Source: an uncultured candidate division Zixibacteria bacterium (GTDB lineage: Bacteria > Zixibacteria > MSB-5A5 > UBA10806). From it: a stretch of DNA of 64,000 nucleotides. Positions 30,452 to 40,639 of the stretch are shown here, one piece after another. The stretch spans positions 160,001-224,000 of the forward strand of contig CAWFQL010000012.1 in assembly GCA_963817915.1 (NCBI GenBank). Direction: 5' to 3'. Position 1 is the first letter of the stretch; the number at the start of each line of letters is the position of its first letter. The notes beneath the pieces are model-generated. The model did not search any database and was not told where the DNA came from. It saw nothing but the letters and a program-made list of their open reading frames with translations. The position numbers and the translations under genes were made by a program.

Positions 30452-31633
30452 CTATATGATCTCCATCTTTTTCCCGATATCATGGAATGTCTGCAAAACC
30501 TTGTCGATTTGGGCATCGGTATGCGTAGCGGTATAGCTGGTGCGGATCAACGCCTGCCCCGGCGGCACCGCCGGCGCGATTATCGGATTTGTGAATAGTC
30601 CCGCCTCGGTCAATGCTTTCCAGAAGGCGAATGTCTTCATGTCATCGCCGATGAATATTGGCACAATGGGAGTTTCCGTGGTGCCGATTTTGTACCCCAT
30701 CGCCTTGAATTCCTTATGCACGCGATGAGTAATTTCCCAGAGTCGTTTGCGCCTTTCAGGTTCTTCCCGCAATATTTTCAAGGTTGCCCTGACTGCGGCC
30801 ACAGCGGCCGGAGGCGGCGACGCTGAGAATATCAAGGCTCGCGAAAAATGCTTCACGTAGCGAATGACATCGTCATCTGCCACTATAAATCCGCCGAGCG
30901 ACGCGAATGATTTCGAAAATGTCCCCATGATAATATCGACTTTATCTTCTAGATGGAAATGCTCCGCGGTGCCGCGTCCATTCTCGCCCAGGACGCCGAT
31001 TGAATGAGCGTCATCTACCATTACCCTGGCTTTGTGTTTCTTGGCGAGATGGGTAATCTCGGGCAACTTGGCAATATCGCCTTCCATCGAAAATACGCCG
31101 TCCGTAATAATAAGCTTACCGCGGGCTCCGTCATTTCGTTCGAGCAGACGGCCAAGCTCATCCATATCATTGTGACGGTATTTCTTGAATTCGCCGAATG
31201 ACAGCCTGCAGCCATCGACTATCGACGCGTGATTTGATCTATCTCCGAAAATATAATCATCTTTTCCTGCTACAGTGGAAATCGTTCCCTGATTGGTTTG
31301 GAAGCCGGTAGAAAAGACCAATGCAGAGTGTCTTCCCATAAAATCCGCAAGTTCTTCTTCCAATTTCACATGTATATCGAGCGTGCCATTGAGAAATCTC
31401 GATCCGGTGCATCCGGAACCGTATTTATCGACCGCGGCATGAATAGCCTCTTTGACCTTCGGATGGTCTGTCAGGCCAAGATAATTATTCGAGCCGATCA
31501 TTATTACTTCCTTCCCCTCGGCAATGACAACTGTGCCGGGGGATGAGGAAATTCGCCTGAAATACGGATACAAACCTGCGGCCTGAATCTCTTTATCGGC
31601 CTGGAAATTTCTGCATTTTTCAAATAAATCCAT
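30452..31633 (-). CDS. spt: Serine palmitoyltransferase (alpha-oxoamine synthase family)
   Basis: GGAG RBS before ATG 31633. GLYPYFR, GSNNYLGLT, GCTGSRFLNGTLDIH and PLP motif GTFSKSFAS; bCerS-like neighbour. Confidence 0.72.
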   Translation of the reverse strand: MDLFEKCRNFQADKEIQAAGLYPYFRRISSSPGTVVIAEGKEVIMIGSNNYLGLTDHPKVKEAIHAAVDKYGSGCTGSRFLNGTLDIHVKLEEELADFMGRHSALVFSTGFQTNQGTISTVAGKDDYIFGDRSNHASIVDGCRLSFGEFKKYRHNDMDELGRLLERNDGARGKLIITDGVFSMEGDIAKLPEITHLAKKHKARVMVDDAHSIGVLGENGRGTAEHFHLEDKVDIIMGTFSKSFASLGGFIVADDDVIRYVKHFSRALIFSASPPPAAVAAVRATLKILREEPERRKRLWEITHRVHKEFKAMGYKIGTTETPIVPIFIGDDMKTFAFWKALTEAGLFTNPIIAPAVPPGQALIRTSYTATHTDAQIDKVLQTFHDIGKKMEII

Positions 31634-31748
31634 CTGGGATCTCCGAATAGTCATAATCAACTTGCTACACGCTGATTTTTCAGCTAATTTACCACCATAA
31701 AAATGAAATTATTCAATGAGCTACAAAATGTCAAGGAGATAAAGGCGA

Positions 31749-32732
31749 ATGGGCACAGCGCTGGTCACAGGGGCTAATGGGTTTGTAGGTTCACATATTT
31801 GTGAGGCCCTGATTGCGTCCGGGTACGAGGTAAAGGCTCTTGTCAGAAAGACTTCCGATCTCACCAATATAAAAAACCTGAATGTCAAATTGGCTTACGG
31901 TGATTTGAACCAGCCGGAAACGCTGCCCGATGCTCTTCAAGGCGTAGATTTTGTCATTAATAACGCCGGCCTTACAAAAACCCTCGACAATTCACAATTC
32001 ATCCAGGTCAATGCTATCGGCACCAGAAATATCCTGCAGGCGATTCAAAACCATGCGCCTAATATCAAACGGTTCGTGCTGATTTCATCTACGGCGGCAA
32101 GCGGCCCGTCATCATCGATGACCCCGATCACAGAAGACCATGACCCCGGCCCTCTCACATTTTACGGCAAATCGAAATTACAGGGCGAGAAAGAAGCCCT
32201 GTCATTCAATTCGATAATCCCCATTACTATTCTAAGACCATCTGCAATCTATGGCCCGCGCGATAAAGAGATGCTTTCATTCTTTAAAGCCGTCAAGGGT
32301 AAGCTGAAGCCGACATTCGGATACGGCGATAGCTATATTAACTTTACCTATGTAAAAGATCTGGCCGGGGCAGTAGTCAAATCACTTTCAGTCAATACGC
32401 CATCCGGTGAGATATTTTTCGTTACGGAGAAAAAGGCCTATTCCTACAGCCAGGCAGGTGATATAGTGGCTGAAATTTTCGGCGTTAAAGCCTATGATCT
32501 GCATATTCCTCTATGGCTGATCTCCAGCGGCGGGAAAATATCCGAGATTATTTCCAAAATAAAAAACGAGGCTTCCATATTAACTTATGACAAGGCCAAA
32601 GAATTCCGGGCCAAATATTGGCTGGTCGATTCATCCAAATTGGAAAAGCAGCTTGGATTTGTCTGCCCGACAGATTTCAAATCCGGATCAATCGAAACCA
32701 TCGAATGGTACCGCAAGCTGGGGATGCTATAA
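31749..32732 (+). CDS. NAD-dependent epimerase/dehydratase (extended SDR), candidate ceramide reductase
   Basis: TGANGFVG, NNAGLTK, YGKSK and RPSAIYGPRD; divergent from spt. Confidence 0.8.
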   Translation: MGTALVTGANGFVGSHICEALIASGYEVKALVRKTSDLTNIKNLNVKLAYGDLNQPETLPDALQGVDFVINNAGLTKTLDNSQFIQVNAIGTRNILQAIQNHAPNIKRFVLISSTAASGPSSSMTPITEDHDPGPLTFYGKSKLQGEKEALSFNSIIPITILRPSAIYGPRDKEMLSFFKAVKGKLKPTFGYGDSYINFTYVKDLAGAVVKSLSVNTPSGEIFFVTEKKAYSYSQAGDIVAEIFGVKAYDLHIPLWLISSGGKISEIISKIKNEASILTYDKAKEFRAKYWLVDSSKLEKQLGFVCPTDFKSGSIETIEWYRKLGML

Positions 32733-33877
32733 TGAATTTTGATGTCAATCGAGCCCGCTCAAATTTTACTTTCGAAGAGGGACTTATTTTTCTCGATCAC
32801 GCTGGTCATTCGCCGCTATCTAATCCTACCCGGGCCGCATATGAGAAATATTTCAATAGTTGGCAGAAAACCGCGCACCGCCATGATAGCGAATCATTCA
32901 AAATGTTCGAAGATCTGCGCGTCAAGCTTGCCTCAATGATAAATTCAGAGCCAAAACATATCGGGCTTGCCCCGCATACATCATACGGCCTTAATATCGT
33001 CGCCGCCGGGCTGAAATGGTCGAAGGGTGATAATGTGGTAATTTCCGAAAAGGAATTCCCATCGAATGTATATCCCTGGACTCGATTGCGTTCGCTGGGC
33101 GTTGATATAAATTTCGCCCGCTCCAGGAATGGATTTATCGATGAGGATGCTATTATCGATCTGGCCAATGAACGAACCCGTGTCATCAGTGTCAGCTGGG
33201 TGCAATTCAATAATGGCTATCGCGTCAACCTTGAGAAGTTGGGGAGATTCTGCTCCGAAAATGGCATCATATTCTGCGTCGATGGTATTCAGGGAATGGG
33301 CGCAGTCCCTATTGATATACTTTCTGCAAAAGTTGATCTATTTTCTGTCGGATGCCAGAAATGGATGTTTGGGCCTTGCGGCACCGGATTCTATTATTTA
33401 TCTGAACGAGCCGAGGCCGCCATAGATCCGCCATTGCAGGGATGGCTCAGCGTCGATTGGCATGCCGAATTTTCCGATCTCATGCGATACGACCTTGTAC
33501 CCAAAGTGGGGCCATCGAAATATGAGCTTGGTACTAACGCCTTCCAGGACCTCTGGGCGCTGAATGCTTCTGTTGATCTTCTGCTTTCATTTGATCGCGA
33601 TGCTATCTGGGAGCATATATGCTATCTGAATGATGCCTTGATCTCATTCGTTTCTTCAAACACCAAGTATTCCCTGATTTCCTCAACCGAACAACCGCGC
33701 CGTTCTGGAATTATCTCTTTCAAATCTGAAAACTCTAAGGGTCTTTATGATTATTTGATTTCAAAAGGATTCGCCCTGAGCCTCAGAGAGGGTGCAATTA
33801 GAGTTTCGCCTCATTTCTATAATTCGATTGAAGAAATAAATCTGCTTATTGATAGCCTTTCGGATTTTAATTCATAG
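32732..33877 (+). CDS. Class V PLP-dependent aminotransferase/lyase
   Basis: TAATG overlap gives ATG 32732. FLDHAGHSP, EFPSNVYPW, VDGIQGMG, GCQKWMFGP and IRVSPHFYN. Confidence 0.85.
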   Translation: MNFDVNRARSNFTFEEGLIFLDHAGHSPLSNPTRAAYEKYFNSWQKTAHRHDSESFKMFEDLRVKLASMINSEPKHIGLAPHTSYGLNIVAAGLKWSKGDNVVISEKEFPSNVYPWTRLRSLGVDINFARSRNGFIDEDAIIDLANERTRVISVSWVQFNNGYRVNLEKLGRFCSENGIIFCVDGIQGMGAVPIDILSAKVDLFSVGCQKWMFGPCGTGFYYLSERAEAAIDPPLQGWLSVDWHAEFSDLMRYDLVPKVGPSKYELGTNAFQDLWALNASVDLLLSFDRDAIWEHICYLNDALISFVSSNTKYSLISSTEQPRRSGIISFKSENSKGLYDYLISKGFALSLREGAIRVSPHFYNSIEEINLLIDSLSDFNS

Positions 33878-33887
33878 TATAAATCAT

Positions 33888-33953
33888 GAAGAGCCATGCC
33901 ATGGCATGGCTCTACTAAGACAACGTGTGCGGTCGGGTGGCCCCACCCGACCG
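33888..33953. repeat. Two REP-like palindromes
   Basis: AGAGCCATGCCATGGCATGGCTCT(AC), GTAG-ended on the minus strand, and CGGTCGGGTGGCCCCACCCGACCG. Confidence 0.65.
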
Positions 33954-34033
33954 AAAATAAGTCTTTTGTTAATGAGTTCGCTATGACAAATAATTTGGGA
34001 GCCCATCAGAATTTCTCCTTTTCAATCTTTCTA

Positions 34034-34062
34034 TTGACTCCGTATTAATCATTTTGTAAAAT
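34034..34062 (+). promoter_or_regulatory. Sigma70-type promoter of kdsB-pyrG-kdsA, likely leaderless
   Basis: TTGACT-17 nt-TAAAAT, 5 nt before GTG 34068. Confidence 0.55.
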
Positions 34063-34067
34063 AATCT

Positions 34068-34806
34068 GTGCCGAAGGTAATTGGAATAATTCCGTCAAGA
34101 TATCAGTCTCAACGGTTTCCGGGCAAGCCGTTAGCTATGTTGGGTGGGCTGCCTTTAATCGTTCGTGTCATGCAATCGGCCATGAAATCTCATTGTATAT
34201 CAGAGGTTTATGTCGCTACTGATGACGAACGAATCGCCGCAGACAGTCCGAAAATATGACGGCAAAGTTTTACTCACATCAAGCACTCCGCCAACCGGTA
34301 GCGATAGAATTGCCGAAGCGGCCCAAAATCTTTCCGCAGATTATATCATCAATATTCAAGGAGATGAGCCATTGATCGCAGGGTCGGTGCTGGATAAGGT
34401 TGTAGATGCCCTCAATGATCCTGCAGTAGTCATGTCAACCGCTTGCTCCGAATTTCGCAATTCTGATGACATTGACAACCCCAATATCGTCAAGGCGGTG
34501 TTGGATAAATCTGGATATGCTATGTATTTCTCGCGCAGCCGAATACCATATGTCCGTTCCGGCAATAAGGGCGAGGTTCATTTCTATCGGCATATCGGAG
34601 TCTATGGCTTTAAAAAGGAATTTCTTTTAAAATATACATCGCTCGAAAGAACACCGCTGGAAATCGCCGAAAATCTCGAACAATTACGGGCTCTCGAACA
34701 TGGATTTAAAATAAAAACAATTATTACGGAATTTGAATTCATCGGCATCGATTCCAAAGAAGACTTGATGAAAGCCGAAAAGATTCTTATTAATAGGGGA
34801 TTGTAG
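34068..34806 (+). CDS. kdsB: 3-deoxy-manno-octulosonate cytidylyltransferase, apparent +1 frameshift near 34239
   Basis: [25 protein letters not shown] in one frame; [15 protein letters not shown] and LEQLRALE in the next. Span is 739 nt (3n+1). Confidence 0.9.
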
Positions 34807-34807
34807 A

Positions 34808-36487
34808 ATGGCAACTAACGGCAAAAAGACCAAGTACATTTTCGTAACCGGCGGAGTCGTTTCATCGCTGGGCAAGGGGCTGGCAGCCGCTTCAATCGGT
34901 CTATTGCTGAAATCACGGGGCCTCAAGGTTCGCATGATGAAATGCGACCCTTATATCAATGTCGATCCCGGCACCATGAATCCCTATCAGCATGGCGAGG
35001 TTTTCGTGCTTGATGACGGTTCCGAGACCGATCTCGATTTGGGCCATTACGAACGATTCCTTGATATCGTACTGAACAAGCTTTCCAATGTCACATCCGG
35101 CCAGATATACAATGCCGTTATTCAGCGCGAACGAAAAGGTGAATATCTTGGCGCGACCGTGCAAGTAATCCCTCATATAACCAATGAGATAAAGCTCCGC
35201 ATCCGAATGTTGGCCGACAATCCTGAGCCTGCCGATGTTGTCATAGTTGAAATTGGCGGCACGGTCGGCGATATCGAATCGCTTCCATTTCTTGAGGCGA
35301 TCAGGCAGATGGCGTTAGAGGAGGATGACAACGATACCCTTTTCATTCATCTTACCTTAATTCCGTACATTGAAGGCGCGGGTGAATTAAAAACCAAACC
35401 AACTCAGCATTCGGTCAAAGCCCTTCGTGAGATTGGCATTGATGCTGCTATCCTTATATGCCGAAGCCCATTGCCGATAACCCGTGAAGCCAAAAAGAAG
35501 ATTGGGCTATTTTGCAATGTTCCGCCGGAAGCCGTAATTCAAGACCTTGATATTAAGGTAATTTACGAATTGCCGCTTGAATTTCATAAGGAGCTTCTGG
35601 ATAATCTACTTGTTCATTACCTGAAATTGCTCTGCAAAGACCTCGATATTTCAAGCTGGGCGAATATGATTAATCGAATGAAAAACCCTTCTCATAAGGT
35701 CACGATCGGAGTCTGCGGCAAATATATCGAACTCAAGGATGCTTATAAATCGATAATTGAAGCCTTCATTCATGCCGGCGGAGCCAATAGCGCGGAAGTG
35801 GAATTGAAATGGATTTCATCCGAGAAAGTTTCTGAGGATGGCCCTGAAGCTCATCTTTCCAATATCGACGGCCTCTTGATTCCCGGTGGTTTCGGCGATC
35901 GCGGTATCGAAGGCAAAATCGAGGCTGTCCGTTATGTTCGCGAAAACAATATCCCGTTTCTGGGAATATGTCTCGGCCTCCAATGCGCGGTAATCGAATA
36001 TGCTCGCAACGTTTGCGGTCTTGGTAACGCCAATTCATCGGAATTCGATTTCGAATCGCCGCATCCGGTAATTCACCTCATGGACGATCAGGTTAAGGTC
36101 ACAGACAAAGGCGGCACGATGCGGCTGGGAAGTTATCCCTGCAAAATTCAGAAAAATAGTTTGGCAAATAAACTATATGGATCGACTAATATCAATGAAC
36201 GTCACCGCCATCGCTATGAAGTCAACAACAGCTATCGCGAAGCATTGGAATCAAAAGGTATGCTATTTTCAGGTGTTTCGCCTGACGCTCGTTTAGTGGA
36301 AATCCTGGAATTGCCTTCGCATCCGTTCTTTATAGCCGGCCAATTCCACCCAGAACTAAAATCCCGTCCCATGAATCCGCATCCATTTTTCGCCGGGCTG
36401 GTCGAGTCCGCATTGAAATATAAATCCTGCAAATCCGATATTCCCCAAATTAAAGACAATTCAGCAAAAAGCAAAATATCATCATGA
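34808..36487 (+). CDS. pyrG: CTP synthase
   Basis: [46 protein letters not shown] and QFHPE. Confidence 0.98.
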   Translation: MATNGKKTKYIFVTGGVVSSLGKGLAAASIGLLLKSRGLKVRMMKCDPYINVDPGTMNPYQHGEVFVLDDGSETDLDLGHYERFLDIVLNKLSNVTSGQIYNAVIQRERKGEYLGATVQVIPHITNEIKLRIRMLADNPEPADVVIVEIGGTVGDIESLPFLEAIRQMALEEDDNDTLFIHLTLIPYIEGAGELKTKPTQHSVKALREIGIDAAILICRSPLPITREAKKKIGLFCNVPPEAVIQDLDIKVIYELPLEFHKELLDNLLVHYLKLLCKDLDISSWANMINRMKNPSHKVTIGVCGKYIELKDAYKSIIEAFIHAGGANSAEVELKWISSEKVSEDGPEAHLSNIDGLLIPGGFGDRGIEGKIEAVRYVRENNIPFLGICLGLQCAVIEYARNVCGLGNANSSEFDFESPHPVIHLMDDQVKVTDKGGTMRLGSYPCKIQKNSLANKLYGSTNINERHRHRYEVNNSYREALESKGMLFSGVSPDARLVEILELPSHPFFIAGQFHPELKSRPMNPHPFFAGLVESALKYKSCKSDIPQIKDNSAKSKISS

Positions 36488-36903
36488 AAATTAAAACTGC
36501 CATAATATTTATTTTAGCCGTTCTTCTATCCACAATCTTAGTAATTGGATGCGCGGAGAAAAAAAACAATTCAGCCCCCCAATATAATTTGCCATTCCCG
36601 AGCGGCAAAATGGCGAAATACTATCAGGAACGGGTCGATTCCTCTGAATTCCTATGGCTTACCGATGTTAAAGGTGCCGTCTCTGCCTTTATGAATGAAA
36701 CCATGGCAGCTGGCAAAGATATATCGATAGATGAAATTATCGTCAAATCCGAAGGCGAATTCCATGCCATTGCCGAAGTACCGCTCGACACGGTCGAATT
36801 TATTTTGACATTGGAAAGACCGAATATGCAAAAAGGCAAAAAATCAATCTGGCAGGTTACAAAAGTGGAAGGGAAGCCTTGGCAAAAAACAAAGTCAAAA
36901 TAG
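36484..36903 (+). CDS. Hypothetical lipoprotein
   Basis: VIGC lipobox; overlaps the pyrG stop (ATGA) and the kdsA start. Confidence 0.7.
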   Translation: MKIKTAIIFILAVLLSTILVIGCAEKKNNSAPQYNLPFPSGKMAKYYQERVDSSEFLWLTDVKGAVSAFMNETMAAGKDISIDEIIVKSEGEFHAIAEVPLDTVEFILTLERPNMQKGKKSIWQVTKVEGKPWQKTKSK

Positions 36904-37691
36904 GCGATCAGATTGTGGGCGGCGATAAGCTGACCCTGATAGCGGGACCTTGCGCGATAGAATCTTCAGAAATCACATTCAAGACCGCCGAGACAATTGC
37001 CAGAATCCGCGACAAATTCAAAATCCCGACAATATTTAAATCGTCCTATAAAAAAGCCAATCGCCTCTCCGGCGAATCATTCTCTACTATAGGAGTTGAT
37101 GATGCTCTTTCAATTTTGCTCGATGTCAAAAAGAAATTCGGCTTTCCGATCCTTACCGATGTTCATTCGATCGAAGAGGTATTGCCTGCTTCAAAGGTTG
37201 CGGATTGCCTGCAGATTCCGGCCTTCTTGTGCCGTCAAACCGAATTAGTCCAGGCAGCGGCCAAAACTATGCTTCCGGTAAATGTTAAAAAAGGTCAATT
37301 CCTGGCACCGGAAGACATGAAGCCCATTATCGAAAAAGTCCACGCTGTCGGCAATAAGCAAGCACTTATCACCGAACGCGGCTCGAGCTTCGGCTACCGA
37401 GACTTGGTCGTGGATTTTCGCGGACTGGTCATCATGGCGGAAATCGGCTGCCCGATTGTTTTCGATTGTACGCATTCTGTACAAAAACCGGGAGGAGGTT
37501 TCAAATCTTCCAGCGGCGATCCAAGGTTCATCCTGCCGTTGGCTCGGGCTGCTGTGGCGGTCGGAGTGGATGCCATCTTTATCGAGACTCATCCCAATCC
37601 GAAAGAAGCATTTTCGGATAAAGATTGCCAGCTTCCCACAGCAGATTTGGAATCATTTATAATCAGCATCCGACAAATCAGATCAAATTAA
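36879..37691 (+). CDS. kdsA: KDO-8-phosphate synthase
   Basis: IAGPCAIES, KSSYKKANR, QIPAFLCRQT, KKGQFLAP and DCTHSVQ; TTG start. Confidence 0.96.
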   Translation: MAKNKVKIGDQIVGGDKLTLIAGPCAIESSEITFKTAETIARIRDKFKIPTIFKSSYKKANRLSGESFSTIGVDDALSILLDVKKKFGFPILTDVHSIEEVLPASKVADCLQIPAFLCRQTELVQAAAKTMLPVNVKKGQFLAPEDMKPIIEKVHAVGNKQALITERGSSFGYRDLVVDFRGLVIMAEIGCPIVFDCTHSVQKPGGGFKSSSGDPRFILPLARAAVAVGVDAIFIETHPNPKEAFSDKDCQLPTADLESFIISIRQIRSN

Positions 37692-37915
37692 GCTCTTCAA
37701 TTATAATTGTATTAAGGTCGGGTGGTATGCCGCCCACGCTTCCCGCTCAATTGCCTTTTCATAGATATGTTGACACCGCCGAATGTATAAATTAATATAC
37801 TGCGATGTTTTTTGGTGGTTTCGTAATTACTGGTCTGATCGACCTCCGACGTTTCGCATGAATCGAATTAAATATCATTTTTGCCTCATTTAACCGATAA
37901 TACTGACATAAAGAT

Positions 37916-39919
37916 ATGAATAACGAAGAAAAACCATCTCTATCCCATCGCCTTAAAACGCTGGTGATCGGCGAAGCTCGAAATCCGCAGGATCCGCGCG
38001 TATTTCACAAGCTTGCTCTTATTGCTTTTTTTGCATGGATTGGTTTGGGCGCCGATGGTTTGTCATCGTCATGCTATGGACCTGCAGAAGCATTTATTGT
38101 TCTTCAAGGTCATCCCTATCTTGCCATTTTTGTCGCCCTCGGGACAGGCTTTACTGTTTTTATAATCAGCTCTGCATATTCGCAAATTATCGAGCTTTTC
38201 CCTGCAGGTGGTGGCGGATATTTGGTCGCAAGCAAATTATTGTCGCCTACATTCGGTATGATTTCGGGCTGCGCATTGCTTGTTGATTATATGCTGACCA
38301 TTTCGCTTTCGATCGCCAGCGGAGCGGAAGCCATCTTCAGCTTTCTTCCTGTGGCATGGTATCCATACAGACTTGAATTTGCAATATTCGGCGTAATTGT
38401 CCTGATCATACTGAATCTTAGAGGCGTGAAAGAATCGGTAATGACCCTCATGCCGATTTTCATGATTTTCGTTTTGACTCATCTTTTTGCAATATTGTAC
38501 TCGCTCTTCAGTCATGTGGGTAATATCCCGGTAATAGCCCAAAATACAATTGCTGATATTAACTCCGTTTCGTCCGAAATAGGCGTATTTGGTCTTATAA
38601 TGCTGTTGCTCCGCGCTTACAGCATGGGTGCCGGAACTTATACTGGTATTGAAGCTGTCAGCAATGGCCTTCCGATTTTACGTGAGCCCAAAGTACTTAC
38701 CGGCAAACGAACCATGCATTATATGGCAATTTCCCTGGCATTTACGGTCATTGGTTTGATGCTTGCATATATATTATTCAACGTGTCACCGCAGACCGGC
38801 AAGACTCTTAATGCCGTTCTATTCGAAAATATAACTGCTAATTGGAATGGCGGACTCGGATACGCGTTTGTCCTGGTGACTCTTATTTCGGAGGCTGCGA
38901 TACTCTTCGTGGCATCGCAGACTGGCTTTATCGATGGTCCCCGCGTTCTCGCGAATATGGCCATGGATCGCTGGTTCCCGTCAAAATTCGCCAACTTGAG
39001 CGATAGGCTGGTCACTCAAAATGGCGTTCTGCTTATGGGTGGAGCGGCTTTAATTTTAATTATGCTAACCGGCGGTTCGGTCCAATTCCTCTTGGTATTA
39101 TACAGTATCAACGTATTCATAACCTTCGTCTTATCGCAAGCGGGCATGGTACGTCATTGGTGGCAAGCCCGTGCTACTCACGATAAATGGAGACGAGGTT
39201 TGTTCGTTAATGGCCTTGGCCTTATTCTAACGACATCGATTCTAATTTCAGTCTCTGTCGTAAAATTCCACGAGGGTGGATGGATAACCATATTGGTTAC
39301 AGGAAGTCTCGTTCTTATCGTGACCGCAATCAAGAGACACTACAATAGCACTTTCGTCACCCTCAAACGGCTGGATAACCTGGTTGTCGCGACTGAATCA
39401 TCAAGCCCAAGGTCTATCCCTGATATCAAACAAGATCTTCCACCCGACAAACAATACGATCCCAAAGCCATGACCGCCGTTTTAATGGTCAATGGTTTCA
39501 ATGGTCTTGGCCTGCACGCCTTATTCAGCATTATACGAACATTTAAGGGGGTTTTTAAGAATTTCGTCTTTGTACAAGTTGGTGTTATCGATGCCGGAGT
39601 ATTCAAGGGTTCGTCGGAGATTGAAAAACTGCAAACTCATATTTCCGTCGAATTGGATCGTTATGTAGAGTTTACGAAAAGGCATGGATATTACTCAGAA
39701 GGGATATCTTCGACCGGTATTGACGTCGTCGATGAAATAGAACAACTTGGCCCCAAGATACTCGAAAGATTCCCTCAGGCTATATTTTTCGGCGGTCAGA
39801 TAGTGTTCAAAGAAGATACATTTTTAACCCGATGGCTCCACAACTATGTCGTCTTTGCTGTTCAAAGAAGATTCTACCACAAAGGCTTGCCGTTTATAAT
39901 CCTGCCGATACGGGCATGA
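37916..39919 (+). CDS. APC-family permease, KimA/YdaO-like (possible K+ transporter)
   Basis: ADGLSSSCYGP, FPAGGGGY, YTGIEAVSNG and LYSINVF, plus a C-terminal cytoplasmic domain. Confidence 0.8.
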   Translation: MNNEEKPSLSHRLKTLVIGEARNPQDPRVFHKLALIAFFAWIGLGADGLSSSCYGPAEAFIVLQGHPYLAIFVALGTGFTVFIISSAYSQIIELFPAGGGGYLVASKLLSPTFGMISGCALLVDYMLTISLSIASGAEAIFSFLPVAWYPYRLEFAIFGVIVLIILNLRGVKESVMTLMPIFMIFVLTHLFAILYSLFSHVGNIPVIAQNTIADINSVSSEIGVFGLIMLLLRAYSMGAGTYTGIEAVSNGLPILREPKVLTGKRTMHYMAISLAFTVIGLMLAYILFNVSPQTGKTLNAVLFENITANWNGGLGYAFVLVTLISEAAILFVASQTGFIDGPRVLANMAMDRWFPSKFANLSDRLVTQNGVLLMGGAALILIMLTGGSVQFLLVLYSINVFITFVLSQAGMVRHWWQARATHDKWRRGLFVNGLGLILTTSILISVSVVKFHEGGWITILVTGSLVLIVTAIKRHYNSTFVTLKRLDNLVVATESSSPRSIPDIKQDLPPDKQYDPKAMTAVLMVNGFNGLGLHALFSIIRTFKGVFKNFVFVQVGVIDAGVFKGSSEIEKLQTHISVELDRYVEFTKRHGYYSEGISSTGIDVVDEIEQLGPKILERFPQAIFFGGQIVFKEDTFLTRWLHNYVVFAVQRRFYHKGLPFIILPIRA

Positions 39920-40015
39920 CATTAAAACGGATTAATAATTGAATTTAATGATTAATTGCTCTCATCAATCCTATTTGCGCTTGTCATCTCATATATTATC
40001 TCTTATCTTCATACC

Positions 40016-40041
40016 CGCAACTATAACCGGCGGTTTTCGTA
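40016..40041 (+). promoter_or_regulatory. Putative autoregulatory ECF promoter (SigW-like)
   Basis: CGCAAC-16 nt-CGTA, 18 nt before the ECF sigma ATG. Confidence 0.5.
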
Positions 40042-40059
40042 GTATGAAAAGGGAGCGAA

Positions 40060-40629
40060 ATGCCCTCCGAAAGTGAACAGGCGCTGGTCAAACTGGCGCT
40101 TACAGGGGACCAAAAGGCTTACAAGGCCCTCTTCGAAATGTACCGACAGGCGATCTTTCACATAACCGTGAAAATCGTCCGAAATCCGGAAGAGGCCAAT
40201 GATCTGGTCCAGGAAACTTTCATTAAAGCTTTCGGCTCTTTGAAAACATACGACTCGCATTACCGCTTTTCGACCTGGCTCTATAAAATCGCGGCAAATT
40301 GCTCCATAGATTTTTTGCGCAAACGAAAAATCGATTCGCTGTCACTCGACAAGCCTATCCAGACCAAAGACGGCGATGTCCAAATGGAGCTCCCCGATTA
40401 TTCATATAATCCGGAACAGGACCTGCGAAATAAAGAGCAGAGATTCGGAATCGAAGAGGCAATTGAATCGCTTCCTGAAAAATATATGGAAGTGATTGTA
40501 CTGCGTCACAAAGAAGACAAATCCTATGAAGAAATTGCCAAAATGCTGAAAGTCCCGGTTGGAACGGTAAAGGCCCGTATTTTTCGAGCGCGCGAGCTCT
40601 TGAAAAAGAAATTAAAAACATTGAGGTAA
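40060..40629 (+). CDS. ECF sigma factor (SigW/RpoE-like)
   Basis: DLVQETFIKAF, FSTWLYKIAAN, SYEEIA and GTVKARIFRAR. Confidence 0.93.
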   Translation: MPSESEQALVKLALTGDQKAYKALFEMYRQAIFHITVKIVRNPEEANDLVQETFIKAFGSLKTYDSHYRFSTWLYKIAANCSIDFLRKRKIDSLSLDKPIQTKDGDVQMELPDYSYNPEQDLRNKEQRFGIEEAIESLPEKYMEVIVLRHKEDKSYEEIAKMLKVPVGTVKARIFRARELLKKKLKTLR

Positions 40630-40639
40630 GGAGGCCGCC

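Noticed and set aside
30452..31633. Calling this gene bioF or kbl
   Set aside because: No biotin or tdh genes are nearby; motifs and neighbours fit Spt better, although this is not proven.
32732..33877. Cysteine desulfurase or selenocysteine lyase linked to the selenoprotein
   Set aside because: The C-terminal catalytic Cys loop of SufS/IscS (RxGxHC or SSGSAC) is absent.
37692..37915. c-di-AMP (ydaO) riboswitch upstream of the KimA-like gene
   Set aside because: The conserved elements of that riboswitch are not visible.
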